DNA of 38,543 nt from an uncultured Clostridia bacterium (GCA_947623765.1 CANQIG010000001.1:1-38543); one strand, 5' to 3'; positions 26,777 to 36,264 are shown, counted from the stretch's first letter. The notes: generated from the letters alone by a model not told the origin. Numbers and translations: made by a program.

Positions 26777-28234
26777 ATGGAAGGGATCTCCCCGCGCTTG
26801 AACGAAAACAGGGAATACATCTGCGGCCAGTTTAAAAACGCGGTCGATTTCATGAAGCGCGACCTGCGTCTCGGCGCGCACGAAGCCGTACTTTTTGGGA
26901 TCGACGGACTGATCAACAAACAGCTCGTGACGATCTGTGTACTGAGCCCGCTTTTGAGGGAGGAGATCCGGGAACAGGACAGCGAGAGCGCGATGGCAAA
27001 GATCCAGGACAGCGTCCTCGGCGCGGTCGATCAGGCGATTCTGCACACGATGCGGGATGTGATTGACCGCATGATGAACGGGTTCGCCGTCCTGTTTCTG
27101 GACGGCTGCGCCTATGCGCTTGCGTTCGGAACACAGGGATTTGAAAAGCGCGGCGTCAGCGAACCGGAGAGCGAAGTGATGCAGCGCGGTTCCCGGGAGG
27201 GATTTGTCGAGACCTTTATGACAAACGTCTCTCTGGTGCGCCGACGTCTCCGGACAACAGCGCTGAAATTTGAAAAAGTGACGCTCGGCGAAGAAAGCCG
27301 CACGCCCGCAGCGGTCTGCTACCTCGAAGGCACGGCGGACCCGGAGATCCTCGAGGAGTTGAAGAAGCGGCTCGCCCGCTGCAATCTCCAAAACCTGCTC
27401 GCGGCGGGGTATCTGACCGGTTATCTCGAGCGTCCCGCCGTCTTTGACAGCGTCGGCGTCACGGAACGGCCGGACACGCTCTGCGGGAAACTCCACGAAG
27501 GGCGGATCGGCATCCTGATCGACGGCACGCCCACGGCGCTCTACGTGCCGTATCTCTTTGTGGAAAACTTCCAGACCATCGACGACTACGCCAACCGGCC
27601 GTTTTATGCGGCCTTGATCCGGTGGCTGAAATACGCCGCTTTCTTCCTCGCGATCTTTTTGCCCGGTCTCTATGTGGGCGTCGCGGCGCACAATCCCGAG
27701 CTTTTGCCGCACACCTTGCTCCTGAAAGTGGCCTATGCCGAAATGCAGACGCCCTTCCCGGTCGTCGTGGAGGCCATTCTACTCTACTTTATGTATGAGC
27801 TGATGCGCGAGGCCGGGCTGCGTGTCCCTAAACCGCTTTCGAGCTCTGTCAGCATCGTCGGCGGTCTGGTCATCGGGGAGACCGCCGTCTCCGCGGGACT
27901 CGTCAGCGCGCCGTCTCTCGTCGTGATCGCCATGACGGTCACTACGGGGTACGTGGTGCCGAAGTTGTACGAGCAGATGGCCGTTCTTCGCTTGGTCTTC
28001 ATCGCGGTCGGCGGGATCTGGGGCGTTTGGGGCGTCCTCATGGGGCTCACGTTCCTGCTGTTCTCTATCTGCGGGAAATCCAGCTTCCGTGTTCCGTTTT
28101 TCGCCCCGGTCGCGCCGTTCCGCCTTTTCGGTATGCGCGATGTCGCGGTCCGGGTCGGCTGGAAGCGCCTCGCGCGGAGAAACGATCCGGTGCAGACGAT
28201 GCCCGGCGCAGGGAAGGAGGAGAAGCGGTTTTGA
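26777..28234 (+). CDS. Spore germinant receptor subunit A (GerA family)
   Basis: EPESE..RGSREGFVE, TERPD, EGRIGILIDGTP, ELMREAGLRVP, SIVGGLVIGETAVSAG, PFFAP. Confidence 0.93.
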   Translation: MEGISPRLNENREYICGQFKNAVDFMKRDLRLGAHEAVLFGIDGLINKQLVTICVLSPLLREEIREQDSESAMAKIQDSVLGAVDQAILHTMRDVIDRMMNGFAVLFLDGCAYALAFGTQGFEKRGVSEPESEVMQRGSREGFVETFMTNVSLVRRRLRTTALKFEKVTLGEESRTPAAVCYLEGTADPEILEELKKRLARCNLQNLLAAGYLTGYLERPAVFDSVGVTERPDTLCGKLHEGRIGILIDGTPTALYVPYLFVENFQTIDDYANRPFYAALIRWLKYAAFFLAIFLPGLYVGVAAHNPELLPHTLLLKVAYAEMQTPFPVVVEAILLYFMYELMREAGLRVPKPLSSSVSIVGGLVIGETAVSAGLVSAPSLVVIAMTVTTGYVVPKLYEQMAVLRLVFIAVGGIWGVWGVLMGLTFLLFSICGKSSFRVPFFAPVAPFRLFGMRDVAVRVGWKRLARRNDPVQTMPGAGKEEKRF

Positions 28235-29316
28235 AGGCAAAGACAAAGATCAGCGCGCTCCAGCTCTATATGATGCTCTTTCTCTCCCGGGCGATCGCGG
28301 GCGTCACGCTGAACGCGGGCTCCGTGGGCGGGGAGAACTTTCTGGAAAACATCTTTTCCTCTCTTCTGCACTGTGCCGTGCTCTGTGTGTTTGCGCTGCC
28401 GCTGTTCTCTCTCAACAGGACGCATCCCGATCTCTCTCTTCCCGCCGTCGCAGAACTTCGCATGGGTGCCGCCGGTACGGTGATCTCCGCGTTGTACGCC
28501 GTCTTTTTTCTCGTCTCGAACGCCTTTGCGCTCTCCCTGTTCATCACGCTGCTCTTCAATACCATGGACCCCATTGCGAGCCGTTTTTCCGTCGCGCTGG
28601 CCCTCCTCGCAATCGCGGTTTACGGCGCGGTCAAGGGGATCGAGACCGTCTCCCGGGCGGCAATCTGCGTGACCGCTCTATTCCTGCTCGGGCTCACCGT
28701 GATCTGTATCGCCCTGCTTCCAAACGTCAGGCCGGAATACACGAAGCCGGTCTTCCAAAACGGAACAGAACAGTTCTGGAGAGGCGCGATCGTCTTTGCC
28801 GCACGCTCGTCTTCACTTGCGGAATTCGCCGTCCTGATGCCGTTCGCGGCCGAAAACACGAAGGGCAAGTTCGCGCTCTGGAACATCAGCATCCCCGTGT
28901 TTCTGGGAATCCTGCTGTTTTTCACGGTTTCCTGTCTTGGGGAATACGCGTACCTCCAGATCTTCCCAATCTACACGCTTTCTTCCATCGCGGAGATCGC
29001 CGGGGTTCAGCGGCTGGACGCGCTCTTCATCGGGTTGTGCCTGATGGCGCTCGTCGTCCGTCTGGCGGTGGGGTTCTTCGCAATCTCCGAGAGCTGCGCC
29101 CGCTTTGTGAGAAAGACAGAGAGCCGCGCGCTTCTTCTCGGCGGCGCGGCTCTCCTCACCCTGATGCTTTCTCTTTGGGTCACCGCGGATTACGAGCGTT
29201 TCCGTGAGATCTTTCGCGCGGAATTTCTGCTCATTCTCACTGCGGTCTTCGGCGCGGTGCTCCCGTGCTTTCTCTGGATCGTCGACCGCGCAGGAAGGGG
29301 AGGCGGGCTCCGATGA
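28231..29316 (+). CDS. Spore germinant receptor subunit B (GerAB/APC-like permease)
   Basis: About 10 TMs, KISALQL, GIETVSR, FPIYTL, QRLDALF; TTG start after AAGGAGG overlapping the gerA stop. Confidence 0.85.
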   Translation: MKAKTKISALQLYMMLFLSRAIAGVTLNAGSVGGENFLENIFSSLLHCAVLCVFALPLFSLNRTHPDLSLPAVAELRMGAAGTVISALYAVFFLVSNAFALSLFITLLFNTMDPIASRFSVALALLAIAVYGAVKGIETVSRAAICVTALFLLGLTVICIALLPNVRPEYTKPVFQNGTEQFWRGAIVFAARSSSLAEFAVLMPFAAENTKGKFALWNISIPVFLGILLFFTVSCLGEYAYLQIFPIYTLSSIAEIAGVQRLDALFIGLCLMALVVRLAVGFFAISESCARFVRKTESRALLLGGAALLTLMLSLWVTADYERFREIFRAEFLLILTAVFGAVLPCFLWIVDRAGRGGGLR

Positions 29317-30401
29317 AACGGCTTTTTCTTCTCTTTTTCACCGTCGCGTGCGTTCTTTCCCTTTCCGCCTGTGCGCCGGAACTCTATGAACGGCTGCTCA
29401 TCAGCGCGATCGGCGTAGACCGGACGGAAACCGGTCTACGCCGCGTCACGGTCCTCGCCGCTCCCGAGGAGGAGGGCCGTGACGAACTCTGCCTTTCCGG
29501 CGAAGGGGAGAGCGTACCTGCTGCGATGGAGCAGATCGCGCTTCGCACCGGCAAAGCACCGCTCTATTCCCACAATGCGCTCCTCGTTTTGGGGCGTGCG
29601 TGCGCGGAAGAAGGGATCCGCGAAGACCTCGATTTCTTTATCCGCCACTATGAATCGCGTCCCACAGTGGATGTTTTTCTCGCGCAAAACACGTCGGAAG
29701 AGATCCTGACGCCGGAGGAAGGGGAGGCGCGCGTCCCCGCAGAGAGGATCTCGGAGCTCGCAAAAAGCGCGGAACGTACCGGACTCTCGGTCTCCGCGAC
29801 GGTACTCAGCATCGTTCACGGTACCGACGGCGAGGGATTCGGAGCAGCCCTTCCGGTCATCGAAAAGGAGGACGGCGCCGTGCGGATCCGGGGAACAGCG
29901 TTGCTCGACGACTGGAAACTCCGCTGCGTGCTCACCGAGGAGGAGACGCGCGGTCTCCTCGCACTGTGCGGGAAACTGCAAGCCGGGGAAACGGTGGTCG
30001 AAGATGAATCGGGAAAGACCACTGTCAACCTGCGCCAAACGATCCCGGAGATCCATTTTATCGGCACGACAGATGATCTCCGTTTTTCGGTCTCTCTCGA
30101 GGTCACCGGGGAGATCAGCGCGGCGGACCGCCCGGACGTCCGCGCGGCGGCATTTGCGCGCACGGAAAAGCTGCTCTCCGAGCGGGTCCTGCAGCACATC
30201 TCGCTTTATCTCGAAAAGGCGCTCTATCAAAACGGCGCGGATGCCGCGGGCTTTGGCAGCGTGATCTTTCGGGAAGCGCCGAAGGTCTGGGAAGCCGTCT
30301 CCGCCGATTGGCCGGAGCCTTTGCGAAATGCGGCGTTCCAGATCGAGGTGCAAAGCGTGATCGACCGTGTCGAGGAGGAAGAGCTCTTTCTCCTAGACTG
30401 A
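29313..30401 (+). CDS. Spore germinant receptor subunit C (Ger(x)C lipoprotein)
   Basis: Lipobox LSLSAC, ELYERLLISAIGVD, YSHNALLVLG, third gene of the tricistronic ger operon. Confidence 0.85.
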   Translation: MKRLFLLFFTVACVLSLSACAPELYERLLISAIGVDRTETGLRRVTVLAAPEEEGRDELCLSGEGESVPAAMEQIALRTGKAPLYSHNALLVLGRACAEEGIREDLDFFIRHYESRPTVDVFLAQNTSEEILTPEEGEARVPAERISELAKSAERTGLSVSATVLSIVHGTDGEGFGAALPVIEKEDGAVRIRGTALLDDWKLRCVLTEEETRGLLALCGKLQAGETVVEDESGKTTVNLRQTIPEIHFIGTTDDLRFSVSLEVTGEISAADRPDVRAAAFARTEKLLSERVLQHISLYLEKALYQNGADAAGFGSVIFREAPKVWEAVSADWPEPLRNAAFQIEVQSVIDRVEEEELFLLD

Positions 30402-32240
30402 GATCCGGATGTGATACCGCAGCATCCAGACGTTGACCTGCAGTAGATAAGCCAGCATCTGCGGGCCGGCCATCAGCTGGCCGAACCACGGTCTGCCGTA
30501 GTCGAACGTCTCATTCAAAAGCCCCGCCACAGTCTTCTCCGCGAGCAGACGGTGGATCGGCTGAGACGGGTCCCGCAGGACGGTCGCGAGCCGTGTTTTC
30601 AGGAGCTGTTCGTACGCGGGATTGTGCGTTTTCGGGTATGGGGACTTCTTTCGGAAAAGAACGTCGTCCGGCAGGAGTCCCCTGCAGGCGTCCCGCAGCA
30701 GGCCCTTCACCACGCCGTTCGGCGTCCGCACGGATCTCGGCGTATTGAACACGTACTGGACCAGCCGATGGTCCGCATAGGGCACGCGCACTTCCAGACC
30801 GCTGTACATACTGCAGCGGTCTTTTCTTTCGAGCAGCGTCGCCATGAACCAATACAGATTCATAAAGGACAGGATCCGAAACTCCCGCGCTTCGCCGTCC
30901 TCTCCGGGCAAAACCGGCACCGCGTCCACGGTCTTTTGCCAGCGCTGCGCCACATACGATTCGAGACCGATCGCCTCCCTGAGTTCCGGGTCCAGGATCT
31001 CCGTTCGGTTTGAAAGATCCGGGGACCAGGGAAAAGTTCGCTCCGGCAGCGGCCGATGAAACCACGGATAGCCGCCGAAGACCTCGTCGGCGCATTCCCC
31101 GCAGACCGCGACGGAATGGCGCTTTTTGACCTCCCGGCAGAAGTAGATCAGGGAAGAATCGATGTCCGCCATCCCGGGCAGATCCTTCGCGATGACCGCG
31201 TCGGTGAGCAGATCGGCGAGGAGGTCGTTCTCGCAGACGAGCTTGGTATGGTCCGTTCCAAGGAGCGCGCTGACCCGCTCCGCCCATGGCTCGTCGCGGT
31301 CCGGCTGATAGCTGTTCGCGGTAAAATACCGGTCGTTTCCCCGGTATTCAAAGGAATATGTGTCCAGGTGCTGTCCGTGTTCGCGCCGCTTTTTGACGGC
31401 GAGCGCCGTAATGACGCTGGAATCAAGTCCGCCGGAAAGGAACGTGCAGAGCGGGACGTCGGAGACGAGCTGCCGCTCCACGATGTCCTCGAGAAGATCG
31501 CGGACCGTCCGCACAGCGGCCCCGTAACTGTCCGAAAAGGGGAGAGCCTTCAGAGAGAAGTACGGATTTTCCCGAAATCCGTTCGCATCGAAAAGCACAT
31601 AGTGGCCGGGAAGGACTTCCCGTATTCCTTCAAACACACCGCATCCCGGCGTTCTCGCCGGCCCCACGCCGAAGATCTCACAGAGCCCCGTTTTCCCGAG
31701 CACCGGCTCGATGCCGGGATATTCAAACAAGCCTTTGATCTCCGACGCAAAAATCAAGCGGCCGCCGCGCTGTGCGTAGAATAATGGCTTCACGCCGAAC
31801 CGGTCTCGGCACATATAAAGTCTTTTCTCCTTCGGGTCGTCGACCGCAAAGGCAAAGATGCCGTTCAGCTTTTCCGTGCAACGTTCTCCAAACTGAATGT
31901 AACTTTTGAGCACGACCTCCGTGTCGCAGTTGGTCTCGAACCGAAACCCATACTGGGAAAGCTCCTCCCGCAGCTCCGGGGCGTTGTAGACCTCGCCGTT
32001 ATAGGAAATGGTGTAAGTGATCCCATCGTGTACACAGCGCATGGGCTGCGCCCCGTTTTCGGGGTCCATGACCGCGAGGCGCGCGTGCGCGAGCGCGCAC
32101 TGCCCAGAGACCAGCGCGCCACGATCGTCCGGTCCGCGGTGCGCCACACGTCCCGCCATCCGGCGCACGAGGGAGAGCCAAAGAGTTTTCTCTCCCTCCA
32201 GGCTCTTTTCCGAATCAAAAAAGCCCGCAAAGCCGCACAT
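30393..32240 (-). CDS. asnB: Asparagine synthetase (glutamine-hydrolysing), AsnB/AsnO family
   Basis: N-terminal MCGFAG nucleophile Cys, HRGPD, YNGEVYN, RDRFGVKPLFY, LSGGLDSS, GECADEVFGGY, EVRVPY, RKKSPYP. Confidence 0.93.
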   Translation of the reverse strand: MCGFAGFFDSEKSLEGEKTLWLSLVRRMAGRVAHRGPDDRGALVSGQCALAHARLAVMDPENGAQPMRCVHDGITYTISYNGEVYNAPELREELSQYGFRFETNCDTEVVLKSYIQFGERCTEKLNGIFAFAVDDPKEKRLYMCRDRFGVKPLFYAQRGGRLIFASEIKGLFEYPGIEPVLGKTGLCEIFGVGPARTPGCGVFEGIREVLPGHYVLFDANGFRENPYFSLKALPFSDSYGAAVRTVRDLLEDIVERQLVSDVPLCTFLSGGLDSSVITALAVKKRREHGQHLDTYSFEYRGNDRYFTANSYQPDRDEPWAERVSALLGTDHTKLVCENDLLADLLTDAVIAKDLPGMADIDSSLIYFCREVKKRHSVAVCGECADEVFGGYPWFHRPLPERTFPWSPDLSNRTEILDPELREAIGLESYVAQRWQKTVDAVPVLPGEDGEAREFRILSFMNLYWFMATLLERKDRCSMYSGLEVRVPYADHRLVQYVFNTPRSVRTPNGVVKGLLRDACRGLLPDDVLFRKKSPYPKTHNPAYEQLLKTRLATVLRDPSQPIHRLLAEKTVAGLLNETFDYGRPWFGQLMAGPQMLAYLLQVNVWMLRYHIRISV

Positions 32241-32272
32241 TCCGCATCATCCTTCCAGATTTCAGATAATGC

Positions 32273-32301
32273 ATCGTATGCGGCCCGCAGGCCGAATGTG
32301 A
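32273..32301 (-). promoter_or_regulatory. SigE-type (mother-cell) promoter of the asnB/asnO gene
   Basis: TCACATT-14bp-CATACGAT on the minus strand, close to the B. subtilis sigmaE consensus TCATATT-N14-CATACAAT. Confidence 0.7.
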
Positions 32302-32309
32302 TCGCGAAT

Positions 32310-32864
32310 TTACCGCTTTTGCTTTTCCTGAGATGACTTTTCTCCCTTTTCGGGGGACACAGAAAGCGCGGTCAGGATACGTTCGGCAACGGCGCGGCGC
32401 GCGTTTGCCTCCGCTGCAAGGCGCATGGCGAGCGCCCGCAGCTTATCCTCGTCCATCTCGCCGCGAACTCGCTCCGCCGTTTCCCGCAGCGCGCCGTTTT
32501 GCGCGTCCGCAAAGGCGGAGTAGAGGGACTCCGTATCTTCCGGCCCGCCGAACAGCACGGCGAGGTCCTGAATGGAGAGCACCTGCTTTAATAGGCCTGT
32601 CATGACAAGCTGCGCGAGCTGCGTTCTTCCGTACCGCTTGTGGTCCGGGTGGTCCACCAATCCGCTTTTCACGTAATTATTGACCATGCTGCTGGTGAGC
32701 AGGTTCTGTCCGTTCTCCGGCGCGTAGAGGGAGAGAGCCTCACCCGTGAACATCATCACCTGGTCCATATAGAGCGGGATCGACGGCAGCGACGCCCACG
32801 CGGGCAGCTCCGCGTGCTCCGCACCGTCCAGCCACTGCAGAATATATTCTTCCGGATTCAGCAT
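32310..32864 (-). CDS. DUF1836-domain protein (putative MerR-like regulator)
   Basis: LPSIPLYMDQV, LTSSMVNNYVK, KRY, LKQVLSIQD signature. Confidence 0.85.
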   Translation of the reverse strand: MLNPEEYILQWLDGAEHAELPAWASLPSIPLYMDQVMMFTGEALSLYAPENGQNLLTSSMVNNYVKSGLVDHPDHKRYGRTQLAQLVMTGLLKQVLSIQDLAVLFGGPEDTESLYSAFADAQNGALRETAERVRGEMDEDKLRALAMRLAAEANARRAVAERILTALSVSPEKGEKSSQEKQKR

Positions 32865-32896
32865 TTTCCATACCGCCTCATTTCATTTTCAGAAAC

Positions 32897-32925
32897 AGTA
32901 TACATCGTTTCAAAGACTTTTTCAA
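32897..32925 (-). promoter_or_regulatory. SigA-type promoter of the DUF1836 gene
   Basis: TTGAAA-17bp-TATACT on the minus strand. Confidence 0.6.
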
Positions 32926-32953
32926 TAGGACACGCAAAATTTTCAGCTTCGCA

Positions 32954-32982
32954 TTGCAACTTTCCGCAAAATATTGTACAAT
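32954..32982 (+). promoter_or_regulatory. SigA-type promoter of pcrA
   Basis: TTGCAA-17bp-TACAAT. Confidence 0.65.
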
Positions 32983-33015
32983 AGGAGACGATCATTCAGA
33001 AAGGCAGTTTCATAT

Positions 33016-35412
33016 ATGGACAAAGAATCGCTCCTTTCCCTCCGGCGTGCCGTGATGGAAAAAGAGTTTTCCCGCATGAACAGTGAACAGCGCAGCGCCG
33101 TTTTTTCGGTAAACGGGCCGCTTTTGATCCTTGCCGGCGCGGGCAGCGGCAAGACGACAGTGCTCATCAACCGGATCGCATATCTGCTCCGGTTCGGCAA
33201 CGCCTACCAGAGCTCCTACATCGACGAGTGGTTTACCGAGGAGGACGCCGCGTTTTGCAGAGCCTATCTCGCGGGCGGGGAAGCGATCCCCGCGGATACG
33301 GCCAGAAAACTCGCGGTCTCGCCCTGCGACCCGTGGCGCGTGCTCGCGATCACCTTTACCAACAAAGCGGCGGGGGAGCTGAAAGAACGCCTGAGCGCGA
33401 TGCTCGGCGAGGCGGGAAACGACGTTTGGGCCATGACGTTCCATTCCTGCTGCGCGAGAATGCTGCGGCGGGACGCAGACAGGCTCGGATATTCCTCCCA
33501 TTTTGCCGTCTATGACACGGACGATCAAACCCGCTTGATGAAGAGCATCCTGAAGGATCTGGACATCGCGGAGCGCGTCCTCGCGCCGCGCACCGTCCTG
33601 AACGAGATCTCGCACGCGAAGGACGCGCTGATCTCGCCGGACGAATACGCGCGATCCGCGGGCGGGGATTATCGGCTCGGCATTATCGCGAAAGCCTACG
33701 CACTGTACCAGCGCCGCCTGAAAGACGCGGATGCCATGGATTTTGACGATCTGATTGCAAACACCGTGCAGCTTTTCCAAACCTGCCCGGATATCTTGGA
33801 ATACTATCAGAACCGCTTTCAGTATCTCATGGTGGACGAGTACCAGGACACGAACCACGCGCAGTACGTGTTTGTCAAGCTCCTCGCCGAGAAGCACAAA
33901 AATCTCTGCGTCGTCGGCGACGACGATCAGAGCATCTATCGGTTCCGCGGCGCGACCATCGAGAATATTCTGAGCTTCGAGGAGACCTTCCCGAAGGCGA
34001 AAGTCATCCGGCTGGAGCAGAATTACCGTTCGACGCAGAATATCCTGGACGCTGCGAACGCGGTGATCCGGAACAATACGGCGAGAAAAGGGAAGACGCT
34101 CTGGACAAAAAACGGGACCGGGAAGAAGATCACGGTCCATACCGCCGACAGCGAAACAGACGAGGCGGAGCGCGTGGCTCGCGTCGTTCTGGACGGGGTC
34201 GCGGCGGGGCGGCATTTTTCCGACTACGCCGTGCTCTACAGAATGAACGCCCAGTCCCTCTCGTTTGAAAAGAACTTTGTGAAATCCGGGATCCCGTTCC
34301 GCCTGATCGGCGGGACGCGCTTCTTCGACCGCCGCGAGATCCGGGAGATGATCGCCTATCTCAGCGTCATCAATAACCCGCTCGACGAGATGCGCCTGAG
34401 GCGGATCGTCAACGTGCAGAGGCGCGGCATCGGCGACCGCTCGGTGGAGCTCGCCGCCGAGATCGCCGAACAGACCGGGGATCCCCTGTTTTCCGTTTTG
34501 GAGCACGCCGATGAATTCCCTGCGCTTTCGCGCGCTGCGGCGAAAATGAAGCTTTTCGCCCAGCAGATCCGCGGGCTCATCGCGCTTTTGGAAGAAGGCG
34601 TCCCCCTGAATGTCCTTTACGACGAGCTTCTCGAACGGACGGAATACCTCGCGTATCTCGAGACAAGCGAACCGGAGAGCGCGGAAGACCGCACGGCGAA
34701 TGTGCGGGAACTCGCGACCAACCTCAAGCGGTACGAAGAGGAAAACCCGGACGGCTCCCTCGCGGGATTCCTCGAGGAGGTCGCGCTCTTTACGGACATC
34801 GACAACTACGACGCCTCCGCGGACAGCGTTGTGCTGATGACCGTCCACGCCGCAAAAGGTCTGGAATTTCCGGTGGTTTTCCTCCCCGGGATGGAAGAGA
34901 ACATCTTCCCCGGGATGTCGAGTATGTACGAGCCGGAAACGCTCGAAGAGGAGCGTCGCCTCGCCTATGTGGCGATCACGCGCGCGAAAGAGGAGCTTTA
35001 CATCTTCCACGCGACATACCGGATGATCTTCGGCTCCACCAACCGAAACCGGCTCTCCCGTTTTGTGGAGGAGATCCCGGACGAACTCATCGAGCGCACG
35101 CGGTCGGTGGAATACTCCTATACGCGAAAGGATGCCGCTTCGGCGCGCAGCTTTTCCGGAGCAAAGCTCTTTTCGGGCGAGGAAAAGCCCGCCTCCGTTG
35201 CGGAAGCGGGCGGATTCACCCCAAAGCCCCGGATCAAGCCGACGCCCGCCGGTACATACCGCGTGGGGGACACCGTTTCTCACAGGACTTTCGGTACGGG
35301 GCTGATCGTCTCGGCGACTCCCATGGCGAATGATACACTGCTGGAGGTCGCGTTCGACAAAGTCGGTACAAAGAAGCTCTTCGCGAACTTCGCGCGGCTT
35401 ACAAAGATTTGA
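33016..35412 (+). CDS. pcrA: ATP-dependent DNA helicase PcrA/UvrD
   Basis: AGAGSGKT, TFTNKAA, VDEYQDTN, VGDDDQSIY, LEQNYRS, MTVHAAKGLEF, EERRLAYVAITRA, C-terminal Tudor-like VSHRTFGTG. Confidence 0.96.
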   Translation: MDKESLLSLRRAVMEKEFSRMNSEQRSAVFSVNGPLLILAGAGSGKTTVLINRIAYLLRFGNAYQSSYIDEWFTEEDAAFCRAYLAGGEAIPADTARKLAVSPCDPWRVLAITFTNKAAGELKERLSAMLGEAGNDVWAMTFHSCCARMLRRDADRLGYSSHFAVYDTDDQTRLMKSILKDLDIAERVLAPRTVLNEISHAKDALISPDEYARSAGGDYRLGIIAKAYALYQRRLKDADAMDFDDLIANTVQLFQTCPDILEYYQNRFQYLMVDEYQDTNHAQYVFVKLLAEKHKNLCVVGDDDQSIYRFRGATIENILSFEETFPKAKVIRLEQNYRSTQNILDAANAVIRNNTARKGKTLWTKNGTGKKITVHTADSETDEAERVARVVLDGVAAGRHFSDYAVLYRMNAQSLSFEKNFVKSGIPFRLIGGTRFFDRREIREMIAYLSVINNPLDEMRLRRIVNVQRRGIGDRSVELAAEIAEQTGDPLFSVLEHADEFPALSRAAAKMKLFAQQIRGLIALLEEGVPLNVLYDELLERTEYLAYLETSEPESAEDRTANVRELATNLKRYEEENPDGSLAGFLEEVALFTDIDNYDASADSVVLMTVHAAKGLEFPVVFLPGMEENIFPGMSSMYEPETLEEERRLAYVAITRAKEELYIFHATYRMIFGSTNRNRLSRFVEEIPDELIERTRSVEYSYTRKDAASARSFSGAKLFSGEEKPASVAEAGGFTPKPRIKPTPAGTYRVGDTVSHRTFGTGLIVSATPMANDTLLEVAFDKVGTKKLFANFARLTKI

Positions 35413-35415
35413 CGC

Positions 35416-36234
35416 TCAGGTTCGGTTCCCGCAGCCGCAGCCCGCGTCGGAGGCTTTCGGCGGGAAAAACTCCTCCGTCGGGAAGTCGATCTTCCGGAAC
35501 AGCTCGCAGGGGTTATCCGTGCCGGTGACGCACTCCTTGTCAGGGATGCAGAAGTCATATGCGGGGATCAGCATCTGCACGTTCCGGACGATCTGCACGA
35601 TGGAGAACAGCCCGACGGTGACATAGACCGCCGTGCCCTGCCCGGAGAGATCGATCGGCGCGCCGAAATACGCCGCGACGCTGTCCGGAACGGCGCTGCA
35701 GACCTCGCACGGGCAGTAAGAAGCATCGCAGATCTTTGCGGAAAGCGCGACCGGCTTTGCCACCTGCACCGAGGCCTTCGGGAGGATATAGCAGCTTCTC
35801 GGGTCGACCTCGGCACGGTCGTCGTCGCTGGAAAAGATCTTGACGCTGCCCTCGCTGCCGTAGAGGATGACCTTCTTGGAAAACATGGAGAGCCCGTGGA
35901 TGCAGCCCGCGCCGCAGCACGTCCCGGGACCGGCGGTATTCGTATAGAGATCCAAAGCGACGTCAAAGAAAAAGAGAAGGTCTACCGAGTAGTAACCCCG
36001 GTTGATGGGGATCGGCTGCATATCGATGTAGACCGTGATGACGTCAATATCGTGGATACGGACGTTCGCGCAGCTGTCGAGCAGCGGCTGGACGTTCGTG
36101 GGAAAGAACACGCGCATATCTTCCAGGCAGTCCTTGTCGCTGCACGAATCGTAGATCCGCATGGCGTCGACGCAGACGGCTTCTTTGAAGACGGGCTCGC
36201 TCTCGAGCTCGGGAGCGAATTCGTTTTCAGCCAT
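35416..36234 (-). CDS. Cys-rich protein, probable spore exosporium/coat structural protein (CsxA-like)
   Basis: 272 aa, acidic, 17 Cys, strong AAAGGAGG RBS; N-terminal C-x7-YDSC-x4-C and C-terminal VTVGLFSIV..VQMLIPAYDFC..EC..PC..FFPP blocks. Confidence 0.7.
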   Translation of the reverse strand: MAENEFAPELESEPVFKEAVCVDAMRIYDSCSDKDCLEDMRVFFPTNVQPLLDSCANVRIHDIDVITVYIDMQPIPINRGYYSVDLLFFFDVALDLYTNTAGPGTCCGAGCIHGLSMFSKKVILYGSEGSVKIFSSDDDRAEVDPRSCYILPKASVQVAKPVALSAKICDASYCPCEVCSAVPDSVAAYFGAPIDLSGQGTAVYVTVGLFSIVQIVRNVQMLIPAYDFCIPDKECVTGTDNPCELFRKIDFPTEEFFPPKASDAGCGCGNRT

Positions 36235-36264
36235 TCAAAAACCTCCTTTGTGGTTTCTCACTTC

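Noticed and set aside
33010-35283. 757-aa antisense ORF within pcrA
   Set aside because: Same codon-bias shadow effect; no RBS or motifs
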